64,000 nt of DNA from Epiperipatus broadwayi (GCA_028023455.1 JAQFVV010000010.1:17298001-17362000); one strand, 5' to 3'. Shown: positions 1-15,726, counted from the first letter of the stretch. A program made the numbers and translations. The notes: generated from the letters alone by a model not told the origin.

Positions 1-3000
1 GGGGTCCATATAGACCACTTTGGTGACCTCAGGTATAACCGGTTGGCTACATGGCTGCACTAAAAGAAAAAGATAATAAAAATAGATAGTTGGCAGTATA
101 TTCCTCAGGTTTAATTAAAGGATTATTTCATTAATGGGGGAAAATAATATTTAATTTTTTAGATCTATTTTTTAAAGGGTCATTATTTAACTCAATATTT
201 TTAAGTCCTCATATGATAGTATGAGAATTATTAAACAATTTGTTAATAGTAATATGATTTTAATATGGAAATTATTTTAATAAAGTATAAATAATTGTGA
301 AAGAATGTAAACAAGTTTTTTTACTCTCTCCCTAATTAGTAGTTTTAATTTAAACTAAAATGTACTAAGAAAAGAAACATTCTTTTTATTTGTTTTTGTA
401 CTTTATTTAATTAATATTAATTTTAATCTTTTTTTTTAAAGAGATTAAGTTTTATGTTTAAGTGTATTTTTTTAAAAGAAAAAAATTTGTAATACCTTTG
501 TAAATTTTATTTTTAATCAGAGTTGTTTTTCACTGTCTTTGATTAAAGAGGTAAATAACTGAACAATTGTACCTATGGGATTCCCGTTTATTTAATTTGT
601 TGTTGTGGAAATTAAGGTTTGAGAGACAGATTGTGATTGGCTTGTGGGCAAGATTGTTCTAGAAAAAATATATAGTGGGGAGCAATAAATGAGAAGATAC
701 TAGCAGCTGATAAGAGGTAGAACATTACCTAACAGCTGTTTAAGAAAGAGTAGCCCAAGCTTAATCCAACTGTTAAAGAAAAAAGAAACATACATCTTTA
801 TCAAGCTATTAAATATAATAGCAGATATTTTAATCAAGCTTTTAGCATACTATTGAGTTTAGCCCTAAAAATGGTTTGTACAATGAAATTCATGTGCTAA
901 ATTCAGCTAAAAGCTAGGCATCATCTTCCATGTGACCTACCTTCACTGGAAGAAAATATAGGAAAGGTAACTCCCTAAAGTCATCTGAAACTTTGCCTTC
1001 AACTAAGAGCATGAGTCTCTGTCTATATCTGTCTCATCTGGAAATTCAAAAAAAAAACCAAATGGAATAATTTATTTTTCATTTATGTGGAATTGCTACT
1101 GATCCAGAAAATGACAAATTTAAGCAGGCCCATCTTTAGAAGCCTTCAAAGAGAAACACAATCAGAAAAGACTGGAAATTGTAATTTGAAAGCCCTCCAT
1201 AAACAAGAAAGCCATAGCTAGAGGTATTATTTTCTATGTGTGCACACTATTTTTTATTGTTAATAAAAATATATTTTTTTGTTTCATATAAGTAATAATG
1301 TTTTTTTGTGTTACTTTTTTTTCCCTAAAAATCCAGTCAAGTTTCTATTACAAATGGTAAAATAGTTTTAAAGAGAAAAAAAAAAATCTGTTGTAAAGTT
1401 AAAAAAAAAAATTTCTTACTAAGCTGAATCAAAGATTATTACCTCATATTCTGAACATGTTAATTAATTCTTAAATATTTTAAAGAAATTGAACCAAGAT
1501 GATTTTGGAAATATTGTAAAAATACAAAAAAGAATCTTAATCATTTTAAACAAATAGTTTAATGAATTTAGAATTAATCCATGACTAAAATCAACTGATT
1601 GATTAATATAATTTATCAAATTATATATATATTGATGGAGTGGATGTTTGAAATTACCCACTATCATGTCATTTTTTTGTTGTTAAGTAATTAGAAATTC
1701 AATAATTGTTTACTCTTAGTTGCTTTATTCTATCCAATTCCTGTTTCATGAATTGTAGTGTGTGTGATCTTACATCATGACAGCTTATATTCTAGGATTT
1801 ATTTTCTTTGATGATCCCAATAAAACTATTTATTTATAAGGGTGCCTATGATTTACTTTATTTCTCTCTTGCTCACAGCAATAAATAATAGAGCTCTTGC
1901 TTCCTGAGCTAAATTCATGCATAACAGTTTTATAGAAAAGCGGTGCGTATTAGTGTTTATGGTCATCCAGTTGATTATCACCCTGGGTTGGCACAAAGAG
2001 AATATTCTTTAAAGGCCATTCACTACATGTTATTTAGTTTAAGATTTAGTAGAAATTAAGTTTCTTGTTGGCCAGTACATCAGTATATTAAATGGCCAAA
2101 GCATTATTGGGTTTTTTATTATGTATTCTGATGGATGAGCACTTATTTTGTGCATTCAAATTATTTAAATAATTGCCTCAAACTAACAATTAAATTGTTA
2201 ACTTGGTCTACAGTAGACCCATTTCAAATACAGTCACAAGATTGACTTCATTTATTTTATTATTAATCATTCATGATGGTGAATGAGTTGTACTTATTTT
2301 TAATGCTAGGGAACTTACAGTTTATTATGCTCATACTTAGGGTAGTTAGCTGCTGATCTCTTAAGAGTGATCTTTCATGCTCATTATTTATATTTTAAAT
2401 CAAATATTGATAGTTAATTTTATCTATTTTGCTTGTATTTTATCCTTAATCTGCTGTATAATGAATCCAGAATTTTTTCCAGTGATCATGATAAAAATTG
2501 TGCTACTAAAGCACCAGAAAAATTAACTCCATTCTCCAGTATGAATCTGTAGCCATCAGAGGTTTAACCTTGCTTCTGACTGACCAACAATATAAGTTAA
2601 CAACTATTATCAAGATACTGTTGAAGAAATGCACATCTCCATCTTAATAAAGCAATTCCAGGACTAATTCTCTCTATCAGATCCATAAAACCAGTAAAAG
2701 AAAACATAGGAACTACTATCTACATGTCTGCATATATACATGTTTATATAATTCAACTTTTATAAAATAGTATTTTACCCATTTCTCTTTGGAATTAAAG
2801 TAAAAATTTTCTTATGAATTGTTTATTAAGACATTGCTAGCTAGCCGATCATATACAAGTTGGAGGTTTTAATTTCATATTTATATTGTGGGCTGTTTTG
2901 TAAAAAAATTATATTTCATGTATTATTATCTTAAAATTTGTCTGATTTGTTGTTAGCTTTAGTTTTAATAATGTAAACTAATTGGTTTCTTAAAAGCACC

Positions 3001-3382
3001 TCCCCTTATAACGTTTTTAAAAAAGTTTATTTGAAAGAAAATTAAATTAAGTTTTTGTTCCCTCTCATCACTTTTGTGATTGTTATTTCCAGTCCAAGTT
3101 TTAATACAAAAAAAGTAGTAGTTTTAAATGAAATAGATGTGATTTTATAGTTTGTTATATGTAATCATTAATAATCTGATTTTTTTTAATCATTTATATA
3201 TGCATATTTGATATGATGCATGGATGCATATCTATAAATTATTTGTTAGAAGTTTTCTTGTTTATGCTGTATCAAATGCATCTGAAAGTAAATATATAGA
3301 TATATGTATGTGTGTGCACATTGTAAATAGGGATCCTATATATTTATATACCATGCAAAGTTATTAGGTATTCAGCTTCATG

Positions 3383-3582
3383 ATTTATTTTCTGATTACC
3401 ATTTGAGATATACACGGTTATTGATATTTTTTGCTGGGTAAAGTGACCTTCCTTCCCATGCTTATCTATATAAGTTAGTGATCGGTCTGTAATTTATTTT
3501 TCTGATTACTGTTTGAGATATATGCAGTTATTGATATTTTTGCATTGGATAAGTGACCTTCCTTCCCATACTTATCTATATA
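3383..3582. repeat. Tandem duplication, 2 x ~109 bp (second copy partial)
   Basis: ATTTATTTT(T)CTGATTAC...GTGACCTTCCTTCCCAT(G/A)CTTATCTATATA occurs starting at 3383 and again at 3492, with scattered transitions. Confidence 0.9.
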
Positions 3583-4505
3583 GGGTTGCTTTCTAACACA
3601 GTTTATTAATGGTATTCTCATTCCTTATTGTTTTCTTTATGTGGTTGGGTTCCATGCACCATATATAGGCTTTGTTTAGTAATAGTCTGTATGTGTGACC
3701 ATATATAATGAGGAAGACTGATTGTTGTTTGTTAATGACAATGGGTAAGATATATATCAGCACTCCTCTGACTAAATTGTTGTCTTTGTAAGGTTCAGGA
3801 TATTAAGAATACTAAAAATTTTGGGTGAATGTAATATTCCAAAGTATCAGCTGTCAAATATACTACCTACTTACATAAAAGAGTTAATTACTATTTAAAC
3901 CTTATCATATTGAAATAACTCTGGTATTTAAATCCCATCCTTGAATTGTATCCTATATTGTTAAATTGTTAATATTATTTTGTTGTTAGATTTGTCCAGG
4001 GTTTTGTTTACCATTGTCTGCTCTGCCAATCATTATTTTTCTAAAATCTTTGTTCTCTACAATTTAGAGGCAGTTTTAGATATATAAGTGATGGCACAGC
4101 TGGGTAGGCACTTGTACTTGATATCCTCATCAATAGATTATACATTTTCTAGACTAGAGATCTAGTAGTACCTTCTGATGAAGAATATGAAGTATTAGTT
4201 TTCCATTACAATATATAAATATTTGTGTTTAGTTATATAATTGATTAATGGAAGGATTTATAATTTGTTTGTATAATTATTATTTATCATCTTCAATTTT
4301 TTTAAGCTTTCTTTACAATTTCTTTTTATCAGAACATTGGTTGTTATCATGAAAATAAAATTTTCTATTAGAAAGTAAAAAGGAATGGAATGGGTTTTTT
4401 TTATATTTATATATGTTTGTGTATTTTTTATATCAATTGTAGCACATCATATGTTTTCTATTTATATTACCTTCTCAAAATTAAAATTTATTTTCATTTT
4501 AACTA

Positions 4506-4553
4506 TATTAAATTTTATACAAGATTGCTTATTAAATTTTATACAAGATTGCT
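4506..4553. repeat. Perfect 24-bp tandem duplication
   Basis: TATTAAATTTTATACAAGATTGCT at 4506-4529 and 4530-4553. Confidence 0.9.
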
Positions 4554-6779
4554 AGATGAAATAATTAAATCAATCATTTGCTATTAATTTAAAATTCATT
4601 AAATATTCTTACAGACTCATAATAGCATGTACAATTATTAGCCAAAAATATTCTTGTAAATAAATATTTATTTATCACAAATGGCAAAATAAATAAAAAA
4701 ACAAAACAAATTATGTATTCAAGTTTAGTCATTAATTCAATTTTCCCCCAAATTTAAGTAATCATTAATTTGAGAAATTAATATTATATAGTTTATTGTT
4801 CTTTCTTCTTGGTTATAATCTTATTTTTAAATTCTTAATATCTTATAACAAATTATACGATGCTAATACATTGTTCTACAATCAGAATACCACATACTAT
4901 ATTGCCATCAGACCATTCTGAAATTATGTGGTTCACTGTTATCTTGATATCACATACAATTTGTTATATAGATAATTTTTATACATATTTAAAAATACAA
5001 CTTTCTCTAGATTCTGAATCAGCGATTATTTGCTAAAAACCTTCCCTGATATTCTCATATTCAGCTAAAGGTCCAGCCTTCTATTTAACATTTTATATTT
5101 ACTGGAACTCATTATAATTCAATTTTTTTTGTATTAGCCAATGTAATATCAGTTTAATTTTATTATGTGTCAGTAGTCTACAATTTTATGTTTAACAATA
5201 TGCATTTACCAGAACTATAGTTTCATTATTTTTTTTGCATTAGTTACTTACTACAGTATAATCAATACTTTTGCTTTTAAATTACTTTTTTTTTAAACTT
5301 TGGCAGTAGATTATGACTGCATTTCATCTCTCTCTTCATGACAATCCAAAAAGGAAAAATTCATGAAATCAGGCATTACTTCATTCCAAATATTATTTTT
5401 TATATACACAGTATAATAAATAAATATTTTCTCTCTGCTGATAGTAACTTGTTTGTTTTTTTGTCTTCAACTTTTTCTAGTTTTAAATAATGCTAATCCA
5501 TTTGTCAATCCAAAATAAAATTAAAAAAGATATAAATATCTTATTTGTTTTTCAAAATTACAAATTCTGATTTAAAGCATATATAAATATCACTTAATTA
5601 TTCATCCAAATTAGTAATTAAAAATGTCTTAGCTTTTAAAGAAACTTGAATTTATCATCTCATAGTACTGTTCAAAATAAAGTACTACTAAATATGTAGG
5701 TGCTGCTTTATTTTGTTGAATTGATGAACTTTTATATGTATGTGTATTATTAGATTGAAATAGCTAACAAAAATTTCTACATGTGATAATGATCGATCAG
5801 CAGATGTAATTTTTCATTGCTTATTATTTCAGTACAATTTATTCTATGAGTTTATTATTTAGACTTGCATCATTTAAGATCTCTATTATTAAAAAAAAAA
5901 AAAATCTTGAAAATTGTAATGAAATTTGGAATTTTATATTAATACTTTACATATATGTGTGTATTTAAAACAAAATATCTGTTTATCAGTTCTAAAATGA
6001 ACATTGAAGAAATGTAATTATTTATTGATAAAAAAAATGTTTCAGATTAAGGTTTAAAAAATCTGTTAAAAAAATTGTCAAGTTCTTTTAAAAAAATATG
6101 CTTACTAATTTTCATTAATTAAACAAATTATAACTTTTTTTGAATCTTTGGTTGCAATATTATATTTATGATGTGGCAATTTTTTTAAAATTTACTGCTC
6201 TTTCCAATAATCTTTTTTTAATTATTTTTTTTTAACATATTTTTTTAGAAATACTTTCCCCCCATTTTCTTCTAATATTTCAATATTTTTTAGTTTTGAT
6301 TTTGAATTTATTTTGTTTTTACTTTGTTTTTGTTTTTTTTAAATGTTTACATTGATAAATATTTATAATAAAATATTATGTAAAGAAATGATATTTATTT
6401 TTAAAAAATTGATATTTTTTTAATTGTATTATGAATAGTTAATGCAGTTAGTATTGAACTATTATAAATGTTGCTGCAGTTTACAATTAAACATTAAAGA
6501 TTTATTCTGAAGAATAAAATATTATATATAATATTAGTAGTAAGATTATTTCAAAGCAGACAATAATGTTTCTATTTTGCTCATGTGAAAAATTATAAAA
6601 AGTTCTGTAGATATATTTGTAATCAAATTAATTTTGTTTTTTAATGAACAAAAGATTTAGACATAGTGTTAAACAATGCAAAACATATTTTATGGTGGAT
6701 ATCAACTTGAACCATGATTCTAATTCTTATGTCTATATCATTAAAAGTAATTTTAAAAAATCATGTTAAAAGATTTATT

Positions 6780-7440
6780 GAATAATTTGAAGGAACCAAC
6801 ATAACAATCAAGCTGAATTTGGAAGATCATTGTTAAGTATGATGAAATCATATGAAAATGAAACTTATAGAGAAAATATAATCATTTTAAAGAAATTTAA
6901 GATAGACTGCTAAAGAGATTTGCTTAAAAAAAAAAAAAGTCAAATGCTAACTAAATGAATAAAACTGTACCAAATTTAATAGAAATGAAATAAAGATAAA
7001 TTTTATATAAAGCTATTGACAAGAAAATTAAAATTGAATAAAGTAAAAGATAGCATTTAGAAATTGGCCATTTGCAAAGAGGATTTTAAATCATGAAATA
7101 TGTTTGTTAAAATAAATCAATTAATCAGAATATATATTTAAATGACTTTGTTGCTGGAGCGTTCATAAGAAGTTTGTATCAGAAGTGCCAGCACTGGAAT
7201 CTATCCTAGGATTCTACATTCCAAAGTCTGATACCTATTACTGCTCTAAACTGCATAAGTCTATTGATCAGAATTACATTGAAGACTTATAAATTATGAG
7301 CCAAAATCATGAAATCATAAGTATAAGTAAAAAAAAGGCTTTTAACAAAAAAGTGGGATGAAAAGGCAAAAGAAAGGATTAATATTTCTTTAGAATAATG
7401 GAAACTCTGAATGTTATCAGGATGTATAAACTAATTGAAG
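6780..7440 (+). mobile_element. Possible highly decayed RTE-clade LINE remnant
   Basis: Only faint motif echoes (QAEFGRS ~ QAGFR.GRS; KLLTRKLKLNK ~ GLKIN; VIRM near 7420), with many stops and frameshifts. Boundaries are approximate. Confidence 0.3.
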
Positions 7441-10400
7441 TCTGATCTCATTAACATGTGAAAGAGTATAATTATTAAAAAAAAATTAAACCTTAAAATG
7501 TAGTTACAATACTATTGTACTATGTAATAATTTTATGTAAGATTGAAGGTAAAAATGAAAAAAAAAAAATTTAAAAGAATACCAAAAGGTTTTCTGTAAT
7601 GAAAGATGAACTAAAGATGGAATTTTTGATATTAAAACTATTAATGCCAACATGAAATGAAACAATTTAATTATAAAATGAATCCAAATGTCTTTAAGCT
7701 ACTTTCTTATATGCAGTTCTATATCTTAACTATATAACAGATGAGCAAGAGGAATATTTTAACTCATTAGAAAGCCAGAACTGCAAGCATATTATATCAT
7801 GTGAAATATTATAAGTTGTGTGATCTTCTACTATGCATTATCTTGGTTGCTTTCAATTATCAGTAGAAAAATTCTCAAAATAATTTTAAAGAATGTATGT
7901 TGAAGTATTTGCAATTAATTACTCCATATTTATCTCCTAACTTATTCTCAATCAAATTAGCATTTTGTCTCCATCATTTTATTATCTTTCTCTACACTAT
8001 TGAACATCTCAAACTATTTTCATATTTATTTATTTTTCAGATAGTAACTTAATTAACTAATTGAGTCTCCATTATTAATAATGGAAAACTTTACTTTTAT
8101 AAGGAATAAAATGTCTTCATTGATTTCTTGATTACATGTAAGTCATACCTTCATTCTATTTATCCTGGATTCTATTAATGTGTTATATTAAGCATATTGT
8201 ATTCAGATACTTCTTTCAGTTTATTCCGTCAAGTCATGCAAAAAATATGATGAAAGAAATTTCTAACATGCTTTCAATATTGTATCATCATTATCAAGTA
8301 ATAAAACATTAATTTTTAATATATTCATTTTATAATATTGTACATGAAAATCTCATAACACATAATTAGATAACATAATTGGCTATATAGATCAAATCTT
8401 CATTATGCATACTTTGCAAAATGAACAGGATTGTATTTTTTTAGTAACCAAGATGAATATATAAGTATATTAACCAGTAATTAATAAATGTTTAAATTGA
8501 CAAACTAAAACCAGAGATTATATTAGTTTTTTTCTAAACCAACTTTTAATATACAGTATATAAATCTTAAAAAGATATTTTTGCTAATCACTTGATTAAA
8601 TAAATGTTGTGACAATTTTTGTATATAATGTATCACTATGGTATAATTCACTGACTGATAATAAAAACATGAAATGTACATAATATTTATTGAATATATA
8701 TATATGCCAAAGGTTTTCACAAATCCTAGATAAACTTCATTCTCAAAAATCAAGCTTTTAATTATACTTTTTGTCTTATCTGAACTATATATGTAACATA
8801 CTATTACATGACTCCAAGAAACAATCATTTGTGTAGAATAGAATGGATTAAATAATTATTTCCAATATAAATGAAGTTGAAAGAGCTTTTGATCATGTAA
8901 ATGATCAGATCCTTGGAAATCAAGTTATTCATTTCCTTCTTAAGAATATTCAAAATACATGTACTAAAAGAAAAAACCTTTTTAAGGATATATTCAGTTT
9001 TTGGTTCTCCAATACTCATTGTAGTATTAATTTTATATGTAAGAGATAGTGTACCATTTGTATTTGTAATTTAATACTTTTTTGTTTTTTTGTTTTAATG
9101 AATGGGATTATTATTGTTGCATTTTCTACAATAATTTTTATTTGAAGATTTTCATATTGATTTAAGCTTGATTTATAATACTTTGTTTTTTACGTTTTTG
9201 ATTGAGGAAATAAATTCTCTTTTAAGGATTAACTTTTCTGAAAGCTTCAACATATTGCTGTTCATCTTTTTTTTTTTAAGTTTTTGTAAAATAGTATTGC
9301 TAATAATCAGTCTAACATCACACAATCTACACATTTGATTGTTCAGATATTATCTGTGTATGAGAATGAAGACCTGCTATTGTCACTAACTGATCTAGGA
9401 TAGCAGTAAAATAATGTCATTGACATCAAAAGAAGATGTGGTATACAAATTTTATTCTGGGAACAGAATCAAAAATCTATTTATTTGTCAAAGCCATGAT
9501 GACTGAGACTTATTAATAGTCAACTGTTATTAGAAGTTATGTATCTAATAAAATAGCTCAAAACAAATTTCTAATTACATTAAATTAGTCAGTGGTAGCA
9601 TTGGTCAGTACATTTAAACTGGGATAGTCATAATTTGTGAATATTGGTATTTACTTTGTTTTGCTAAATAGTCAAAAGGATTGGCCATTTTGTTTGATAG
9701 TGCTATGTGCATCTTCACTGACTGAACATAAGTTTTTTATATATATTAAAGTTGTAATAATAGTTTTCACATTTAATTCAGATCATATATAAAGAATCTA
9801 TATTAATCCCAACTTGTAAATATGATCTTAATTATTCAATTAAGAATGTGAATGGTAATCAGTATATCTAAAATTTCTAGAAGCTTGTATAACACTTATT
9901 TTTATAAATTTGATCAATTATGTATTAATACCATTTGCCCAACAAAATATATTGAATGCCCTGAAAATTGTAATTCATGTTATAGAAAAGGCATCTTCAA
10001 AACTAAACCTATTTGTAACTCCATACGATCAAATTTAGCATATACTAATGTCACATGAATTGTATTAATTGTGAAATATGAAAAAAAAAACATTACAAAC
10101 TTAGTTGCACTATTTGTTCAAAATTTTTCTTATTTATCTGTGCATTTTGCAGGTTTTTTTCTTCTTAAAACTGGGCACTTACATTTATGTTTTAAATTGG
10201 AATGGCAATTTATCAAATTTTTCATACTTTGTATTTAGAGGAACTTTTTTTTTTAATTTCTGAGCAACATCCTTTTTTTCTGAAATAGACAAACTGACAA
10301 AAATTTAGTTTAAAGATTATAATGCTTTGCTAAAGTGAATTAGATTATTTTGTCAAATATATATATATATGGGGGGGGGGGGGTTTGCAAAGGAGGATTT

Positions 10401-10719
10401 CCATTAGAAATCTTAGATGAATCAGGTATTTGTATTTTAGTTATACAGTCTTTTTATGGAAGAGATAGATATTGAGAGGTATAACTCAGGAATGCTATTT
10501 CCAGTTTTATTTCATATATATCTAAATAAGTTATTAAATAACTTATTTTAAAAAGGATGGAAATATGATTGCTAGTAAGAAGGTTCTTAGATTAAATTTT
10601 CCGGTAATATGCAATATTTATAGATAAGGATAACTTTAACAAAATGTTATGTAAGGCTGATAATTTTTTAAAATTTTGTTAATGAAAATAAATGCAAATA
10701 AAATTAAAGAATGAAAATG

Positions 10720-10818
10720 GATGATAAAAAGAAGAGTAAGAGTAAGCACTAGACTGAAAGTTATAGATGATAAAAAGAAAAGAGTAAGATTAAGTATTAG
10801 ACCGAAAGTTATAGATGA
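10720..10818. repeat. Tandem duplication, 2 x ~46 bp
   Basis: GATGATAAAAAGAA...GAC(T/C)GAAAGTTATAGATGA repeated at 10720 and 10766. Confidence 0.85.
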
Positions 10819-13589
10819 ATTAAATATTTGGAAGTTAATGATAAGAAAGAGAAAAAAAATTTATAATTTTGTTTTGGTGCATTTAATGTATTAATAACAC
10901 AGTTTGATAAATTTACTATTAAAAAAGTTAATTTCTCTATAATATTTACAACTGGGTTTTATTTAAGCTTTTTTCTTTTTTTTATGCAGTTGATTTGTAC
11001 ATTTTACATCTTTATATTTACTTACACTTGAATATAAATGTATTTATCAACTGTGTGAACTTAATTGCTTTATTAATAAACAAATTTCTTTACCTACTTT
11101 TACTCTTTTTATATATAATTCTATGAAACTTGTACTGTCCAAGTTAATATGAAAAGGTAAATAAAACTAATAGTCTTAAAGAAATCAAGATGATTAAATA
11201 TATTTACAAATATTTGAAATAAAGATATATGGAGCAGATATGAATATATTAACAATAAAAAAAAAATATTCTGAACATATTATAAACTTTCATAAACAAC
11301 AAAATATAGTGCATACATTTGATAAATATTAGAAAAAATGTTCCTTATTTTTAATGATAATAAATATGAATTTATTATTGAAATAAGAACTTTATAGAAA
11401 TAAAAAATAAAAAGTTTTATGAAATAATAAACTATATATTACAAAAATCAAAACTAAAAAAATTTAGAAAATAATTCTATTGACCCGGTGTGAATCAATT
11501 GAGTCCTACCAATGCATATTAATATAAAAATATTCTATTCATTATGTAACATTTTTAACTCCTTTAATTAATAAATATTATTTCCAAATTAGATTTTAAC
11601 ATTGCAATGATTTTTCAATCAAAACTCTTAATGAAACCCAATTATTACTATAATTAAATTGTTCTTGTATGTTTTTTCCCCCTTTATGGATATAAATACA
11701 CGAGTCTGCCTCTGCATTTAACATCTGTCTCCATTCACTTTTTTATATTCACAGACATTGCTTATAGATAGATTCATCTTTCACAGCATTAATCTCTCAG
11801 TTTAATAAAATATTATAATTAATATCTTAAACTATCACTATTTTTTTGGAAGTACAGTACAATAGTATACTTCCGTACTAATGTTGCCAACTAAAAATTC
11901 ACATCTATGTGAAGAAAGCCAAGTGATCTCCCAGTCAAATTAGAAATCCATTTACATTATGTAAAAAATAATTTGAATGTTTCCTTATTTTTTATTCTTC
12001 TTTTTTTCTCTTTTTTCTTGATGAGATATTTTTATACTGTTAAAATTATCTTTTTTATACAACATGATGCCTTATTAAAATTAAACCATTCTTAATAAAT
12101 ATGAGTATGACACTTTCCCATGAGTGGTAAAAACATGCATCACATTTCAGTCATATTTTATTTTATTGTTACTGTATCAACATTCATCTGATCAATTTAG
12201 ATAAACTTAGAACTTTTGCTATTTAATTAATAATATTAAATGTCCATTTACTGATCAGTGTTGGATAAGTAATTGAGTTAGCTAAGATTAAGGTCGTAAG
12301 CTTCAGAAAACAAAAAGAATTGATGAAATCCCATTAAAAGATTAACAAATTAGTGTTTGAATCATGTTTCTCGGCAGTTAAGTTTGTTAATGATTTTTTC
12401 ATAAATGTTTTAATTAATATGATTATGTACAAAGGTAATAGCTAGTACAGTGAAATTATTATGTAAATGATAAATCAAAGTAGTTGCTTTTTTTAAATCT
12501 GAAAATATATAAATAAATTTTGGAAAAAATAATGAAACAAGTTTATCTTTTTTTTTTTTCAGTTTATTGTTGTTGTTTTTTTTACATAATTTATATAAAT
12601 TTCATAATTTGATTTTTTTTTAACCAGAAGTTTATCAAGATAATTTAGTCTGATTTCCATATGCATATAATTAGTTTCCCATATTAATATATTGCTATTT
12701 GCAGGATGTACGCAGAAAGACTGTCATCCATCAAAAAAAAATTGATATGCTTATTTGATAATTGGTCTATTTAGTAGAATTTATTTTTACTATTACTATA
12801 CAATAGTAAAATAATGGCTAATATATTTTTCTTTCACAACCATGACCTGAGATTTACATTTGTTTTAGATATCTGCCTGCAAAACACAACTAATCATTCA
12901 AATATTGTTTTCTATATGCATATCTAGTTATTCTCAACTAGGAAGTTAAAACACAAAGGAAAGCCGTACACTTTATCAACTGCATTTTACTATTCTAATG
13001 AATATTATCTTCTCCTTCATCTTAAAAGTTGTTTTACTTTTTATGTGTGTAATAGTTGAAATAAAATTTTTATATTTTCTTCATATTCAGAGAAGAATAG
13101 ATTAATATATATTGTACTTTGTAAATATGGAAAAACATTTGTTAAAGTAAAATGAATCACAAACAAATAGAGATAAAATAGAAGAAAAGAAAGTTAAAAT
13201 GGAATGAGTATATGAATCAGAAGATATTATGAAGAATAATTAATTTATTTACTGAAGAGTTATGTAATGGTATAGTCTTAATATATATATACATAAAAAA
13301 ATGTTGATCGCCAATTAATTAGAAATAAGTATTGTGATAAATGATATTTGCTAATGATATACATTTGAAATTCAGGTATGTTTGAAATACATTATTAAAG
13401 TATCTGCAAATATCTATCTAAGGTTCTCTACCTAAAGACAGTTTAAACAAACTTTGTCTACAACCAGCAATAGCATTTGATCACTATCATGTTTAGTTAC
13501 TATATAATGCACTTTACTGTAGCATGATTAGATTTATTAGTATAAAATAGACATTGAATGAAAGTTAAATATATAAAATTAAAATTATG

Positions 13590-14060
13590 AAACCTAATGA
13601 TACTAAAGAAAGGATAAATGAAGTAATTCAAAATGTAGTAATACTTTGATTAAAGGAATTAAATATTTAGACAATTTTAGAAAAAATCTTATTGCAAACA
13701 CTAAAGATTTTTAAAAAAAAAAAAAAGAGAAAGAGTAGAATTAGAATAGCCATGGCAAAATAAGTTTTTGCAACAGAAATATCTACATTGAAGGCTATTA
13801 AGATTTTATGCTTGGCAGAATGTTTGTAGTAATATTATGAAAACATATAGCAATTTAGAAAAGAGGAAATATATGGAAAGTTTTGAAATGTGAGAATGGA
13901 AAAAGATGAAAAGAATAAAGTAGATAGATGGGATTAAAAAAATGATAGATGAGAAAAAACCAATATCATTATGAAAAAATTAAGACAATTGCTTTAATTA
14001 TATTTTTTAATGCATCCATGATATAGTAGAAAGTACCATAATAAGAGAAAAAAAAAAAAA
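13590..14060 (+). mobile_element. RTE-clade LINE, decayed 3' part of the RT ORF
   Basis: Translation gives RIRIAMAK*VF (13738-13770) and EKRKYMESFEM*EWKKMKRIK*IDGI (13858-13935). These match the RTE C-terminal consensus R.RIAMAK.AF ... KRLEAFEMWCWRRM..I.W.D. An A-run lies at ~14047-14060. Confidence 0.7.
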
Positions 14061-15129
14061 TTCAATTATATTAAAGTATAGTTGTGATTATTCAAAGCAA
14101 AGCTTGAAATAAAGACATGGGAAACCTGATTATATTTGGAATTTGCCTCAAAATGTGATAATAGTGTTTAAAAATAATTAGATTTTCATGTATAATTTAT
14201 TTTTAATCAAGCCATCAAAATCTACTTGCTGTCTGTATAGAACTAAAAATAGCATTTTATTAATCATTCATTCATGCTGAGATAATCAAAGAGCTTTTTT
14301 TTTAAAATATATATATATTTTTCATTAGTTAACTGAGTTTTTTGTGGGGTATTGATTAGATTGATTCATTTTTACATCTACTACAATTACATTGGTCTTT
14401 TCACATTGCTGGTTTTTAATTTTTATTTTTTTAAATTTGTTTCAAATTGATTTTTTTTTTAATTTAATGATAGTTTTGTTAATATTTTTTTATTATTTAC
14501 CATTGATATAATATGGCTTGAACTCAAGGAAAATAAAGTATATAATAGTTGATTAAAAAAAGAGAGGGGGTGGATATTATGGCAGATTTATTGCATGTCA
14601 CTTAAACTTATTTCCATAGTTTGCATTTTGAAATATGATTGGATTTCATTCCATAACTTATTCTTCTGTATTGAAAGTGATAATAAAAATATTTTCATTG
14701 TTAAATTCTATTCCAAAATAGTGTTTAAAATAAAATTGTACTATTCCGATTTCTAAATACTTTCTCTATTCAATTTTAACAGATTACAAAAAAAAAAAAG
14801 TGTTATATTTTTGAGATATCATTAATTTTTAAACTTTGTATACATTGCTAGTATTTTTTTTTTTTAAACAACTACAGACTTTTTAAATAAACAAATTTTA
14901 AATAAACATCATTTTCAATTGCCTTTTTCTTATTATATAAATATTTAATGATTATTTTATTTTTATGCTCTAACTAAAGCTATTTGATTTTTCTACACTA
15001 TTTTTTCTCTTGGTACTTTTCAAATATGTGTATTTTGAAATTTTATAGATATTCACAGTATATCTTCTTAAAAATGTGACCAATGGATGGGAAATAAAAC
15101 ATGTTATTTATGTTTTGTTTTATTATTGA

Positions 15130-15540
15130 TTATTCAATATCTTCTTATGATTCAATACACTGCTAGAAGTGATAAGAATAGTTCTTGAAATTCTCCATTG
15201 GAATCATTTGCAGAAACTTTGTCACAAGCTTCTGGATGTCCAGAATTTAATCACGATGTTCTTCTTTCATGGTCAAAATTTAGCAGTGGCCAAATCAGGA
15301 GAATAGAAAGGATACTTAAAACAGCATTGCTTTTTTTTTTACCCCCAAAAAAAATCATCTACAATTTTAGCATTATAGACTGACAGTTTATCATGCAACA
15401 ATAATCAAGAACCTTACTCAAGGTATTCAGGTCATTTGCACAAAACTTTCATCCACAAATGATTCAGAGTACTCTAGTAGTAATTATTATTTACTGTCTA
15501 ATCTTCAGAAATGTATTTGTAGTGATAAATACAAATATAA
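15130..15540 (-). mobile_element. mariner (DD34D-type) transposase remnant, C-terminal half
   Basis: The minus strand shows, in the correct order and spacing, TVN (GQTVN), VLNHL..KV..K*PE, LLHD (15390-15401), YSPDLA (15288-15305) and QCIES*EDIE* (terminal CI..QG.YFE). Several frameshifts; TIRs not recognisable. Confidence 0.7.
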
Positions 15541-15644
15541 AAGCTAAGAGGGAGTTAAATTTAAATATTAATAATAGTTTAGCTATCTCCAAAAAAATTA
15601 ATTAATTGGAAACCGTGAAGTTATAATAAATTTAACTTTTGATA

Positions 15645-15726
15645 GTACTAGCATGGAAATTGAACCTGGGATCCCTAGATTCTTGAATTTTAGGGTAATG
15701 CTCTAAGCCATTGAGCCATCCTGCCA
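15645..15726 (-). promoter_or_regulatory. tRNA-like Pol III module (A box and B box), left arm copy
   Basis: The minus strand reads GGCAGGA-TGGCTCAATGG-...-CCA-GGTTCAATTTCC, with ~52 nt between the A-box and B-box starts. Confidence 0.6.

Noticed and set aside
1-60. GC-richer start with the quasi-palindrome GGTCCATATAGACC, resembling a DNA-transposon subterminal motif
   Set aside because: It is cut by the window edge, and no partner TIR or TSD is visible.
1464-10058. Short ORFs from the track (1464-1667, 4390-4587, 8523-9019, 9852-10058)
   Set aside because: F/I/L/Y/K/N-rich translations typical of random AT-rich DNA, with no motifs and no convincing exon structure.
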